From contig CAYMED010000015.1 in assembly GCA_964389655.1 (NCBI GenBank), positions 1-63,211 of the forward strand: a stretch of DNA of 63,211 nucleotides. The letters run 5' to 3'. This stretch comes from an uncultured Candidatus Poseidoniales archaeon (GTDB taxonomy: Archaea > Thermoplasmatota > Poseidoniia > Poseidoniales > CAYMED01). Below, piece after piece: positions 9,499 through 18,900 of the stretch. How positions within the stretch are numbered: the stretch's first letter is position 1; every line of letters starts with the position of its first letter. Below the pieces are notes generated by a model. It was not told the DNA's origin, made no database searches, and saw only the letters and a program-made list of their open reading frames with translations. The translations under genes and the position numbers were made by a program.

Positions 9499-9894
9499 TC
9501 AGTGGTCGCGCGTAATCTTGTATCGATCAAGGGCTTCCATCCAAAGTATTTCACTGCCGGGTGTGATTGTCATTCCTTCTTCATCTGAGGGCATAGGCAA
9601 TATCAGCGTCGCATAGGATTTCATGTCCATTGCATGAACTTCATTTCCTTCAAGATGGGTTACCGTAGCCGATCCCTTTTCTAAAAGAGGGACATTAATT
9701 GAATCTGTTACGGGGGCGACATAAGATCGTTTTTGGCCAGTGAAAATGTCGGTTAGTTCAATTCGTGCTTTTGCCCCGCCATGCTTTCCGGGCTTCGATG
9801 TAGATATTCCGAGAATTTTGTAGGCATTGTCGTCGAGTGCAACATAGCGGCCCACTTTGAGAGTGCGTACTTCGGCTCGAGTAGTTCCAGGCAT
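9499..9894 (-). CDS. eif5a: Translation factor aIF5A
   Basis: Hypusination motif SKPGKHGGAK. Confidence 0.97.
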   Translation of the reverse strand: MPGTTRAEVRTLKVGRYVALDDNAYKILGISTSKPGKHGGAKARIELTDIFTGQKRSYVAPVTDSINVPLLEKGSATVTHLEGNEVHAMDMKSYATLILPMPSDEEGMTITPGSEILWMEALDRYKITRDH

Positions 9895-9957
9895 GAGTAC
9901 ACATCGCTCCGGGAGGTCTTATCACGTTTGCTCAATCTCGGCGGGATTACGAATCAC

Positions 9958-10464
9958 ATGACTGTACTCACGCCCGTGCCTGATCCCAAATTTCATTCAA
10001 TAAACATGCGTATTGCAAATTCAGCTGATTTAAGCGATGTGGAGTTGATGTGGTGGAGATTAGTTGAAGTTCAATCCGCATGGGAAAAAAGTGCTATACC
10101 ATCTTCGGCCAATCGCCGTGTTGTCCGAGATTTTCTTCGCCATCGATTAGTTTCTTCTAGAATCGTTGTATCTGAGGTAAATAGCCACAAGGTTGGTATG
10201 GCGAGTATGTCTCTTCTTGAGGGCAGGCTCGAGAATTTAACTCAGATCCACACCATCTCAGATGTATGGGTCTTCCCTAAATATCGCCGCCTCGGGATTG
10301 CTTCACAAATGATTGAATGGCTTGAGCAGCACGCATGGGGCTTAGGGGCAGATGAAGTGCGATTAGCAGTACACTTTGAAAATAATCCCGCTAGGTCCCT
10401 TTATCGGCACATGGGATATGTCCCACATACTGAACTTCACATCAAGCAACGCCCCATCGACTAA
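9958..10464 (+). CDS. GNAT family N-acetyltransferase
   Basis: VWVFPKYRRLGIA acetyl-CoA motif, NNPARSLYRHMGY. Confidence 0.85.
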   Translation: MTVLTPVPDPKFHSINMRIANSADLSDVELMWWRLVEVQSAWEKSAIPSSANRRVVRDFLRHRLVSSRIVVSEVNSHKVGMASMSLLEGRLENLTQIHTISDVWVFPKYRRLGIASQMIEWLEQHAWGLGADEVRLAVHFENNPARSLYRHMGYVPHTELHIKQRPID

Positions 10465-10512
10465 GTCTCCTAGCGGAGTAATCATCATACGTCGTTTGCC
10501 ACTCAAGGAGTT

Positions 10513-12837
10513 GTGGCGGGACCTGTAGAGCGATCGGCCTATCGCCAGCCGCCCACTGCAGGAGGCTTGGCAGCAATCGAATCAGGAAAATTAACTTGGC
10601 TCGATGATGAGATGTACAATAACATCAATACGGGCGTTCTTGAGCAGTATCTCGAGGAAAAAAATCTCGAACGCTCCTTTGAGATAAGCCATTGGGACAC
10701 ACGGAAAGTTTTGATTGGTGTAGCGATTGGTGCGGTGTTCAGTGGCGTGACTGCCTATATTGGTTTGAAAATAGGCCTTGCCATTTCAGCAGCGTGGTAC
10801 ATTGCTTACCTTCTTGGAATGGCACTGAAATGGACACCTTCTGAAGTCAATATTGCGACTTCTGCCACCACGGGTGCCACACATGCTTCTACGGGGTTTA
10901 TCTTTACATTTCCCGCGATCTTTCTTCTTGCGTATTCAGATGACTATACTATTGGAGGTGAGACCCTCATTTCAGCACCAGATATCTGGCAACTCGCCTT
11001 TGTTGGGATCATTGCTTCAATGTTTGCAGGTTTCTTGGGGATCATGTATTTCATCATATTCAGACGCGTTTGGCTTGTTGACGATCCCCTTCCAATGCCG
11101 AGCTTTGAGGCCTATCTAAAATTGCTAGATATCACTTGTGATGTGAATGCAGGCGCTGCAGCTAAGGCACAGGAATCTCTTCGCACGGTTGGTATTTGGA
11201 CAGGCATTGGCATGTTGGCAATGTTTCTAATCGAATATCCGCTTATTTGGATAGGCACTCGAAAAGTTGCCATCATGGATTTCCTCGTTGAACTATTGCA
11301 TATTGGTGATTTTGGTCTTGCTTCGATTTATAGCCATGGTGAGATACACCAACCCACGGGTACGACAGATGGAATATCTAATGGCGTGTCCTTGATTTCA
11401 CCTGAGAGTGGTGTATTTTCACGCGCCTTGGGACATACGCACGTGGGTATTGGCTTGTCGCCATCTCTTTTTGCAATTGGCTGGTTTATGCGCCTACGCG
11501 TGGCAATTTTGGTCAACCTTGGAACTGTTGTAGCATGGCTGGTTTTAGTTCCACTTGCAGTTTACTTGGATGTCGCTGTGTTTGATTATCACTATGGCGC
11601 TTATGTGACACTATCGGAATATAGTCGCGCATTTGGGGGTGCAGCGCTACAGTTTACGGCACATAAGTTAGTTGTCAAGCAAATTGCAATTGGCGCAATT
11701 GTGGGTGGAGGTCTTTTTGGTCTTCTCAAGATGACCCCTACGTTCAAATCGATATTCGGTGATATTGCGGGAGCATTCCGAGGTGAAGCAAGTCAAGATT
11801 GGGTGGAAGGACGTGGCTGGTATGAGTGGCCATTATCTCACATTCCCATCTTCATGGGGATAACATTTCTTGCCATGGTCATTATTTTCGTGATTGGTGG
11901 CTTTCCGCTCGGTGCTAGCATACTGTTCACTGTGATTCTTCTTGCAACGACATTTCTGTTGGGTGCTATTGCCGTACGTGTGATGGGAGAAACAGGAATT
12001 GAGCCTGTATCGGGAACATCCTTCATAGTCCTGATCATGTTGATGGCCATTTTCCTTACATTTGGGGACACGCTAGGATTGACACAGGAAGAAGCAGTTC
12101 TTTTGGGTCTAGTGGGAACTACTGTTTTTGGTTCTGCGATTTCTATGTCGGGGACAGTTGTTGCAGACTACAAAAATAGCCTTTACATTGGGAATCGCCC
12201 GTATCATATCTCAAAAGGCAACATCTTTGGAGTAGTTCCTGGTGCAGTTCTTGGTGCAGGGGTGGCCATATTTTTGTCTAGTCTTCTCGCAAATGGGACA
12301 ATCGACCTCTTAGCGCCTCAAGCAAACGCGTTTGCTGCTTTTACGATTATCCTTGCTGAGGGCCAAGGTGACCTTTGGCTGCTTGGTTTGGGCGCAGCAT
12401 TGGGCATATTTGCTGAATGGGCAACTGGCATGGGCACCTCTTTTGGGCTGGGAATGTACCTCCCTACGACATTCACTTCTCCCATGGTCATTGGAGGTGC
12501 TGCAAGAGATTGGTGGGAAGCCAAACACCTTGAGCCTACCGTTGCTGAGGCAGGCGGCGATGAAAAATTGCGCGCACTGATGCTTCTTTCAACGTTTATG
12601 ATTGCCGCCGGCCTTCTTACTGGCGAGGCGCTATTTGGCACGATTTCAGCGGTATTTGCCTTCATGGATACCTTTTCCTTTGCAACATCTCTAGGGGGGA
12701 CATGGATGCCCATTCGCTTAGTTGGTTTTGTTGGAACTCACATCTTGCTTGCAGCGGGTGTTTACATTTTGTTCAAACGCGCAGGTATTATTGGAGTGGA
12801 TGAAGAAGAGGTCATTGAAGCAACGCTTGAGGATTGA
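10513..12837 (+). CDS. OPT/YSL family oligopeptide transporter
   Basis: Many TM helices; AYIGLKIG, GETGIEPVSG, APQANAFA, FGLGMYLP motifs. Confidence 0.9.
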   Translation: MAGPVERSAYRQPPTAGGLAAIESGKLTWLDDEMYNNINTGVLEQYLEEKNLERSFEISHWDTRKVLIGVAIGAVFSGVTAYIGLKIGLAISAAWYIAYLLGMALKWTPSEVNIATSATTGATHASTGFIFTFPAIFLLAYSDDYTIGGETLISAPDIWQLAFVGIIASMFAGFLGIMYFIIFRRVWLVDDPLPMPSFEAYLKLLDITCDVNAGAAAKAQESLRTVGIWTGIGMLAMFLIEYPLIWIGTRKVAIMDFLVELLHIGDFGLASIYSHGEIHQPTGTTDGISNGVSLISPESGVFSRALGHTHVGIGLSPSLFAIGWFMRLRVAILVNLGTVVAWLVLVPLAVYLDVAVFDYHYGAYVTLSEYSRAFGGAALQFTAHKLVVKQIAIGAIVGGGLFGLLKMTPTFKSIFGDIAGAFRGEASQDWVEGRGWYEWPLSHIPIFMGITFLAMVIIFVIGGFPLGASILFTVILLATTFLLGAIAVRVMGETGIEPVSGTSFIVLIMLMAIFLTFGDTLGLTQEEAVLLGLVGTTVFGSAISMSGTVVADYKNSLYIGNRPYHISKGNIFGVVPGAVLGAGVAIFLSSLLANGTIDLLAPQANAFAAFTIILAEGQGDLWLLGLGAALGIFAEWATGMGTSFGLGMYLPTTFTSPMVIGGAARDWWEAKHLEPTVAEAGGDEKLRALMLLSTFMIAAGLLTGEALFGTISAVFAFMDTFSFATSLGGTWMPIRLVGFVGTHILLAAGVYILFKRAGIIGVDEEEVIEATLED

Positions 12838-12847
12838 GGTGATTAAT

Positions 12848-13813
12848 GTGGCAAATACGCCACCTCCACTTAGATCATGGGTCATATTAGGGGCGGCAGT
12901 TCTTGCTGTTTCGAGTGCAGGAGCTGTCTTTCAATTAATGAATGAGGTACCCCCTCTGCTGCGCGCCTCTTGGCGTCTTCAAGCGACTGCCCTGCTTTTG
13001 CTTCCTCCTTTTTTGTATCAATTACGGGCAACTCGAAGTGATCTGAAGATGAGAAAAAGGCTTTCTAACCCTCGTGTTTGGTTGATTGTTACGGGCTCTG
13101 GCCTCTTTCTTTGGATCCACTTTGGCGCTTGGGTTTGGTCTCTCGATCATACATCACTCACCCACAGTCTTTTGCTCGTAACTGCGCACCCACTTGTGAT
13201 TGTGATTGGATGTATCTGTTTATCTCGCCCCATCTCTGCAGGGCAAATGAGAGGTGCACTTCTCGGTTTTGCGGGCGTGGCATTGACTCTTCTTGGAGTC
13301 CACTCCGAAGGATCGGTGACCTTGATCGGTGATCTTGCAGCTTTCATAGGTGCTGTTGCCATTGTTGGTTATCTCAGTGCAGGGCGAGTGTTACGCCCTT
13401 GGATGCCTTTGTTCATTTACGCCTTTCCAGTTACGCTAATAGCATCTCTAATGCTGGCTATTTCTTCTCTTCTGCTTGAGGAAACCTCTCTTGCAACAAT
13501 ACCTCCGAGTACTGCGCTATTTGGTTGGGCTGCATTCGCTTGGTTACCTTACGTTGCATACCTTGCACTTGGCCCCGGTATCGTTGGGCACACCGGTATC
13601 AATGCCTCGCTTCGGTGGCTACCTCCTTTGGTGATCAGTGTCAGTGTCCTCTTTGAACCAATACTTGGCACCTTGCTAGGCTGGATGCTTGGTACTGTTG
13701 ATGATCCCCCGGGCCTTTGGACATGGGCAGGTGGGCTTCTTCTTTTGGCAGGTCTGCTTCTTGTTACTCTCTCGGAAGGAGATGATGTTGTGCAAATAGA
13801 TGGCGAAGCCTGA
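12848..13813 (+). CDS. DMT/EamA family transporter
   Basis: About 10 TM helices; SLDHTS, GHTGIN, LFEPILG; GAGGTGA RBS before GTG 12848. Confidence 0.88.
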   Translation: MANTPPPLRSWVILGAAVLAVSSAGAVFQLMNEVPPLLRASWRLQATALLLLPPFLYQLRATRSDLKMRKRLSNPRVWLIVTGSGLFLWIHFGAWVWSLDHTSLTHSLLLVTAHPLVIVIGCICLSRPISAGQMRGALLGFAGVALTLLGVHSEGSVTLIGDLAAFIGAVAIVGYLSAGRVLRPWMPLFIYAFPVTLIASLMLAISSLLLEETSLATIPPSTALFGWAAFAWLPYVAYLALGPGIVGHTGINASLRWLPPLVISVSVLFEPILGTLLGWMLGTVDDPPGLWTWAGGLLLLAGLLLVTLSEGDDVVQIDGEA

Positions 13814-13838
13814 TCTATAATTGCTCACTCGCAGATGT

Positions 13839-14765
13839 GTGTCTGCAAAGCCCTTGGTCCTCATAACTAATGACGACGGTCTTGAAGGGGAAGGGATGCG
13901 TAGCTTAATTGAATCCTTGGTCGTTTGTCCCATTGATGTATTAGTGGCGTGCCCAAGTGCGAACCGTAGTGCTTGTAGTATGTCTTTGACCCTCGGCAAA
14001 CGTCTAGGGGTAAAACCCGTCAAAAAGTGGAGTAAAGGGGAAGGCGATGTGTCTGGATTTGCAGTCGATGGTACTCCCTGCGATGCAGTACTGCTGGCAT
14101 TAGACCCTGCCAGCCGTGAATTAACTCAAGGCCGTCTTCCTGATCTAGTCGTCTCGGGTGTAAATCATGGGCCGAATGTGGGTGTGGATTTATTTCATAG
14201 TGGCACAGTGGCAGGTGCTCGTGAAGGGGCATTTCACGGTTTTCCGTCTCTTGCAGCGAGTCTTGCTGATTTTGGCAGTGCTGGATTACACGATGCTGTT
14301 ACTCTGACTGTTAGGATCATTCTTCGTTTACTCGACTTCATTGATGGCAATGGCACACAACATATTGCTTCTCAATTTGGGAAAAGGAGGTATGTCCATG
14401 AGTTTACTCCAGCCGATCTGGATGATGCGCAAGTTCATCTTAAGGAAGCATTTTCAAGAGGGGAATTATTTCTGAACCTCAATATTCCGCCCGTAATTAC
14501 GCAACCCCTGCAACTCACGCGACCTGGTGTCAACATTTACAAAGATCCTATTCGAAAAATCGATGAAGGTGGGTGGATGATTGGAGCCGCCTCACTAGAG
14601 CTCCCTTATTGGCCAGGCTCAGATGTGACTGCTGTGGCAGAGGGATCCCCCTCTCTCTCAGTCCTACCCACATGGCCTGTTGGACACCCTTTTCACGTGA
14701 GCGGTGAGTGGCTAGATTTCGCCCACAACCCCGATTCAGATGGATTTCCAGGTTGGTGGAGTTAG
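13839..14765 (+). CDS. surE: 5'/3'-nucleotidase SurE
   Basis: LITNDDG, DGTPCDAV, DLVVSGVNHGPN, SGTVAGARE. Confidence 0.93.
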   Translation: MSAKPLVLITNDDGLEGEGMRSLIESLVVCPIDVLVACPSANRSACSMSLTLGKRLGVKPVKKWSKGEGDVSGFAVDGTPCDAVLLALDPASRELTQGRLPDLVVSGVNHGPNVGVDLFHSGTVAGAREGAFHGFPSLAASLADFGSAGLHDAVTLTVRIILRLLDFIDGNGTQHIASQFGKRRYVHEFTPADLDDAQVHLKEAFSRGELFLNLNIPPVITQPLQLTRPGVNIYKDPIRKIDEGGWMIGAASLELPYWPGSDVTAVAEGSPSLSVLPTWPVGHPFHVSGEWLDFAHNPDSDGFPGWWS

Positions 14766-15394
14766 GTTTCCCATTCGTCTAGCAGCCATTGAATAATTGC
14801 TATTACAGAATGCCCTTGGAGCCATGTGTTACCCAAAGACCGGCGAAGGGGGACCTCTTCCATTATTTTTTCATCATCACCTGTAAATGGTCTGTCGTCT
14901 GATAGGATAAATCCGATCCTTTTTTTTGCCACATCACTTTTCTCAATTCGCGGTGCCAGCGCGTCTAATATGACAGCATCTCGTTCCTCATTCTCCCAAT
15001 CATCTAATATGTCTTTTAGCCCACCCGTCCGATCAAATAATCCAGATTCATGTCTCCTCCACCTACTTCTTGGAGCATGAGTCTCAACTATTTTTCGAAC
15101 ATGTCCTGCCATTCCTCTTTCATCAGCCGGAATGCTTCGCAATGAACCACCTGGCCACTTAATTCGGCGCGAATTCGCGCCGGGGCCCGCTAATACCATC
15201 TCAACAACAGTATCGTCCCGCATCGAATGGGAAAGGAAGAGAGCAGTTGATAGTGCGCGAAGAAGTACGTCAATACGGCCGGATCCCCCCGCCAGATCAT
15301 TGAGGTTTATTGGTCCATTTGGCGGTACGCGATGCCCAATTAATACGAAGGCTCGGGAATGAGGGTGGTTGGGTTTATTGGATGAAATCGACAT
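14762..15394 (-). CDS. trmY: tRNA (pseudouridine54-N1)-methyltransferase (SPOUT)
   Basis: LNDLAGGSGRIDVLLR, LFLSHSMR, DERG, FILSD, SLGNTWL. Confidence 0.88.
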   Translation of the reverse strand: MSISSNKPNHPHSRAFVLIGHRVPPNGPINLNDLAGGSGRIDVLLRALSTALFLSHSMRDDTVVEMVLAGPGANSRRIKWPGGSLRSIPADERGMAGHVRKIVETHAPRSRWRRHESGLFDRTGGLKDILDDWENEERDAVILDALAPRIEKSDVAKKRIGFILSDDRPFTGDDEKIMEEVPLRRSLGNTWLQGHSVIAIIQWLLDEWET

Positions 15395-16739
15395 CCTCGA
15401 AAGCCCCCTCTCGCATCATTTGATTGAGTTGCTTTTGCATTTGGCGATTACCCTTGATTCCTTTCATCATTTTTCTAGATCGATTCCACTGTGAAAGTAG
15501 GCCTTTTACCTCTTTCTCAGACGCACCAGACCCGCGCGCAATTCGGCGTAACCGGTCTGATTTAATTAGCTGGGGGCTCGATTTTTCTTTTGCAGTCATT
15601 GAATCCATAATTACTCTATAGCGATCTAGATTATTCTGCATCTCTTCTTTTTGTGCCCTATTCATCTGCCCAAGTCCTCCAAATAGTCCTGCAGGCATGT
15701 GGGATAGTATGCGGTCTAGAGTCCCAATCTTGGACATCATCTCCATTTGCTGGTACATGTCCCTCAATGTGAAACGGCCACTCATGAGTCTTCCAGCAAG
15801 TCGCATGGCCTCTTCTTCGTCTAGATCTTCAGGAGCCAACTCGATTAGGCCCTCTATATCCCCCATTCCGAGGAGTCTAGATATGAACCGGTTTCCATCG
15901 AATGATTCTAGGTCGCGTATCGTTTCTCCGACACCGATATGCAAGATTGGTGCTTCAGTTGCCGCAACTGCTGAAAGGGCACCACCACCCCTTGCCGTAC
16001 CGTCTAATTTGGTGACGATGACCCCTGTTATGTCGACGAGTCGGTGAAATGATGCCGCAACGGGCCCCGCAGCTTGGCCAACCTGTGCATCAATCACCAA
16101 TAACCGCTCATCTGCCATCGCAATTCTACTGATTTCCTCCAGTTCGGCCACCAATTCTTCATCGAGCTGATGGCGTCCTGCTGTATCGATGATAGTAACA
16201 TCTGCAGTTCGCGTATATTCGAGGCCACGCTTCACTAGGCTAACAGCATCATCTGCATCCTCTTCCCCATACACGGTAATGTCCTCGTCTGCGAGAAGTT
16301 GTTGCAATTGTGCATAAGCACCAGGCCGGTGCACGTCAGCCTCTATCACTGCGATTTTTCCGCCGTGCCGCCGTTTCCACCATGTAGCTAATTTTGCAGT
16401 TGTTGTGGTTTTCCCCTGTCCATATAACCCGACCAGAAGAATTGTGATGTCTCTAGGCTGGATTTCACGTGGAGAGCCTAGCATTCGAACAAGTTCTGTA
16501 TAGACAATATTCATTGCATGTGTTTGAACAGCAAGACCGGGACGGCGTTCTTCCTCGAGTAACCTCCGTTCAAGCCGCTCAGTGATTTCTTTTGTCTGGC
16601 GCACATTAAAATCAGCCTCAAGAAAAGCCTTGCGGAGTTGCCGTGATAACTCAGTTACGGTCTCTTCATCCAACTTGTGCTTTCCGCGCAACCGCCCTAC
16701 AGCGGCTCCGATCCGGTTCCGCAGTCCTTCTAGCACCAC
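15375..16739 (-). CDS. srp54: Signal recognition particle 54 kDa protein
   Basis: GLYGQGKTT, DTAGR, TKLDGTARGG, Met-rich M domain with RRIARGSG. Confidence 0.97.
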   Translation of the reverse strand: MVLEGLRNRIGAAVGRLRGKHKLDEETVTELSRQLRKAFLEADFNVRQTKEITERLERRLLEEERRPGLAVQTHAMNIVYTELVRMLGSPREIQPRDITILLVGLYGQGKTTTTAKLATWWKRRHGGKIAVIEADVHRPGAYAQLQQLLADEDITVYGEEDADDAVSLVKRGLEYTRTADVTIIDTAGRHQLDEELVAELEEISRIAMADERLLVIDAQVGQAAGPVAASFHRLVDITGVIVTKLDGTARGGGALSAVAATEAPILHIGVGETIRDLESFDGNRFISRLLGMGDIEGLIELAPEDLDEEEAMRLAGRLMSGRFTLRDMYQQMEMMSKIGTLDRILSHMPAGLFGGLGQMNRAQKEEMQNNLDRYRVIMDSMTAKEKSSPQLIKSDRLRRIARGSGASEKEVKGLLSQWNRSRKMMKGIKGNRQMQKQLNQMMREGAFEDVDFIQ

Positions 16740-16761
16740 AATTTTGCCTCCAAATGCTTAC

Positions 16762-18027
16762 TCATGAATTCGTCGGAGTAGAGGGGGGGAGCGTAAGCGT
16801 CAAAATTTCATCAGAAAATGTTGCCACGATCCCATCAACTTTTGCCGGGCGTCCCACGTCTATTTCCGCCTCAACCCCGTTTACCGATACGAATAACTTC
16901 GATCCTTCACCGCGTAAGCCAACCTCCTCCTTCTTGGCACTAGGTAGGTGGATCTGGACCCGAAGATCTCCTTCGTTTGATAATTTCTGAACAAGCCCTC
17001 TCCTAAGCTGTAGGGGGATTTGAGTGCCCCTCATCACGGGATCCATTGAATGAGGAGGGTCAGATGCAGGGCCATGGAGGCACGTACCTATTTTTTCTAG
17101 TGCTGCAGTTCCATGTATGTCTTCCATCTCAAGTGGAATCTGTGCCAATGCAGTCTCTCGGAAAATCCCCATGAGGCGGTGAATGTGCTTGAGTTCCATT
17201 TTTCTTCTACTTTGCAGAAAATCATGGTCTAAATCTGGTGTAATTCGATTGATAATCAACCCGCCTAAGTGGATTCCAAATTCGTCCAAGGCTTGAGCGG
17301 CCCTTTTGGATTCTTCTACAGCCATTTGTTCAGCAATTGTAACGAGCATGAAGGTGGCATGGCTCTCGGATGCAAGCACCCGCCGTACATGTGAGATCCG
17401 TCGCTTGAGGCGCTCTAGTTCATCCCGCATCTCTTCTTCCTGTTTACGGCCAAAAAGCAAACTTCGTATTCCTCCTGACATCCGCATCATGCGGAGCAAT
17501 CGATCCGTCCAACTATCAAGTATCTCTGGCAAGGCAAGGAATCTGAGCGTATGTCCTGTTGGGGCAGTGTCGAATACGACTACATCGAACCTCGGATCTT
17601 CAACATGGCGAAGAAGCTGGTCGAAAGCAAGTCCCTCATCCAATCCCGGGAACATCAGTTCCCCTGCTTTGAGCCCACTAACCTCTTGTTCAAGATCCTC
17701 AGTTCCTCCCCCCATGATCGCTGAGAGCTGATTACTGACCCCTCCTCCAAAGGCCTCTGACATTTTTGGCATTAGATCCTGCATCCTTCGTTCGGGATCA
17801 AGTTCGAGCCCCCAAAGTTGCTCAAAGCCCTTAATTTTGGTGGGTTCTCCGCCTAATTCCTGTTCGAAACTATCTCCAGTACTATGAGCAGGGTCGGAGG
17901 AGACAACTAGTGTCCGAAAACCACTTTTTGCCAACCATACTGCCGTTGCACAAGCGGTGGTGGTCTTTCCAACACCACCTTTCCCCCCAAAGAGCAGAAG
18001 CCTTGCCACGCCCGGCCGAAACCACAC
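16762..18027 (-). CDS. ArsA/Get3 (TRC40) family ATPase with C-terminal alpha-crystallin/HSP20-like domain
   Basis: GKGGVGKTT, SSDPAHS, PGLDE, DTAPTGHTLRFL; C-terminal LRVQIHLP..ATFSDEILTLTLP. Confidence 0.9.
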   Translation of the reverse strand: MWFRPGVARLLLFGGKGGVGKTTTACATAVWLAKSGFRTLVVSSDPAHSTGDSFEQELGGEPTKIKGFEQLWGLELDPERRMQDLMPKMSEAFGGGVSNQLSAIMGGGTEDLEQEVSGLKAGELMFPGLDEGLAFDQLLRHVEDPRFDVVVFDTAPTGHTLRFLALPEILDSWTDRLLRMMRMSGGIRSLLFGRKQEEEMRDELERLKRRISHVRRVLASESHATFMLVTIAEQMAVEESKRAAQALDEFGIHLGGLIINRITPDLDHDFLQSRRKMELKHIHRLMGIFRETALAQIPLEMEDIHGTAALEKIGTCLHGPASDPPHSMDPVMRGTQIPLQLRRGLVQKLSNEGDLRVQIHLPSAKKEEVGLRGEGSKLFVSVNGVEAEIDVGRPAKVDGIVATFSDEILTLTLPPSTPTNS

Positions 18028-18099
18028 TCCTCCTCAAACCTGACGCAAGATGGTTTGACGACCCGAGGGCTGAAGCACAAGTGTTTCGACGGCGTTGCA

Positions 18100-18849
18100 A
18101 TGCCCTCTATGTGGATGGTTCAACTTGCGGGTGCTTTGGGCCTCGTAGGGGTGGCTTGGGGGTGGCGAGGTGGCATGCGGAAGTTGTATGGTTTCTACGA
18201 TGGCCCTGCAGCAACGCAGCACCTCATGATAGGCCTTGTTTTAGGGGGTTTTCTTGGAGTTATGCTCTCATGGATCATCCGAGTAACTTCGGATCTTACT
18301 GTATCATTGGGGGTTTTTATCGTATCAACTCCATTAGGATTATCAGCGACTTTGGGACTTTTCTATAGCCTCGTCCTTTTCCTACTCTCACGCAGAAAAC
18401 GGGCACGAGCAGTTGGTGCTAGAAGCACTTCAGGTTGGGCATTAGGGCTGGGGATCGGTGCTTTAATCGCCTCTCGCCTAAATGTGGATGTCCTAACAAA
18501 TACTCCAAATTTGGGCGAAGGCGTATTGATGGCTGCGGCAATTGGCTTGTGTTTTCCTTGGGCGGAGGCATTGTTGATTGCGGGGCAATGGGCAGGGCGG
18601 GACCTTGGGAAACCAGTCCGCTTTTTCGCGATTTCATGGTTATTACGCACGCTGCTATGGACCTGGATTATTTTCTCATTGGTGCTCTATCTTTATCCGT
18701 TATTGATCCTGCTAGTTCTTCCTCTTTTAGCGGGAGCTCAAAGAATTGCTGACCAGCACTGGCTCCCTTCAGCTCTAGACCCAGAGGCCCTGCGCCGCTG
18801 GAAACGGATACGCTCGGAAAATGCTAGAATGGAATTGGCGGCCCAATAG
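18100..18849 (+). CDS. Hypothetical multi-pass membrane protein
   Basis: About 7 hydrophobic segments; no recognised motif. Confidence 0.7.
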   Translation: MPSMWMVQLAGALGLVGVAWGWRGGMRKLYGFYDGPAATQHLMIGLVLGGFLGVMLSWIIRVTSDLTVSLGVFIVSTPLGLSATLGLFYSLVLFLLSRRKRARAVGARSTSGWALGLGIGALIASRLNVDVLTNTPNLGEGVLMAAAIGLCFPWAEALLIAGQWAGRDLGKPVRFFAISWLLRTLLWTWIIFSLVLYLYPLLILLVLPLLAGAQRIADQHWLPSALDPEALRRWKRIRSENARMELAAQ

Positions 18850-18900
18850 GCATGAGAATCAGGGCAACGGTTATTCACCACGCAGGCGTCTAACCCTCAT

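Noticed and set aside
16762-18027. Arsenite-efflux ArsA
   Set aside because: Single ATPase domain, no evident metalloid Cys cluster, and no arsB, acr3, arsD, arsR or arsC nearby.
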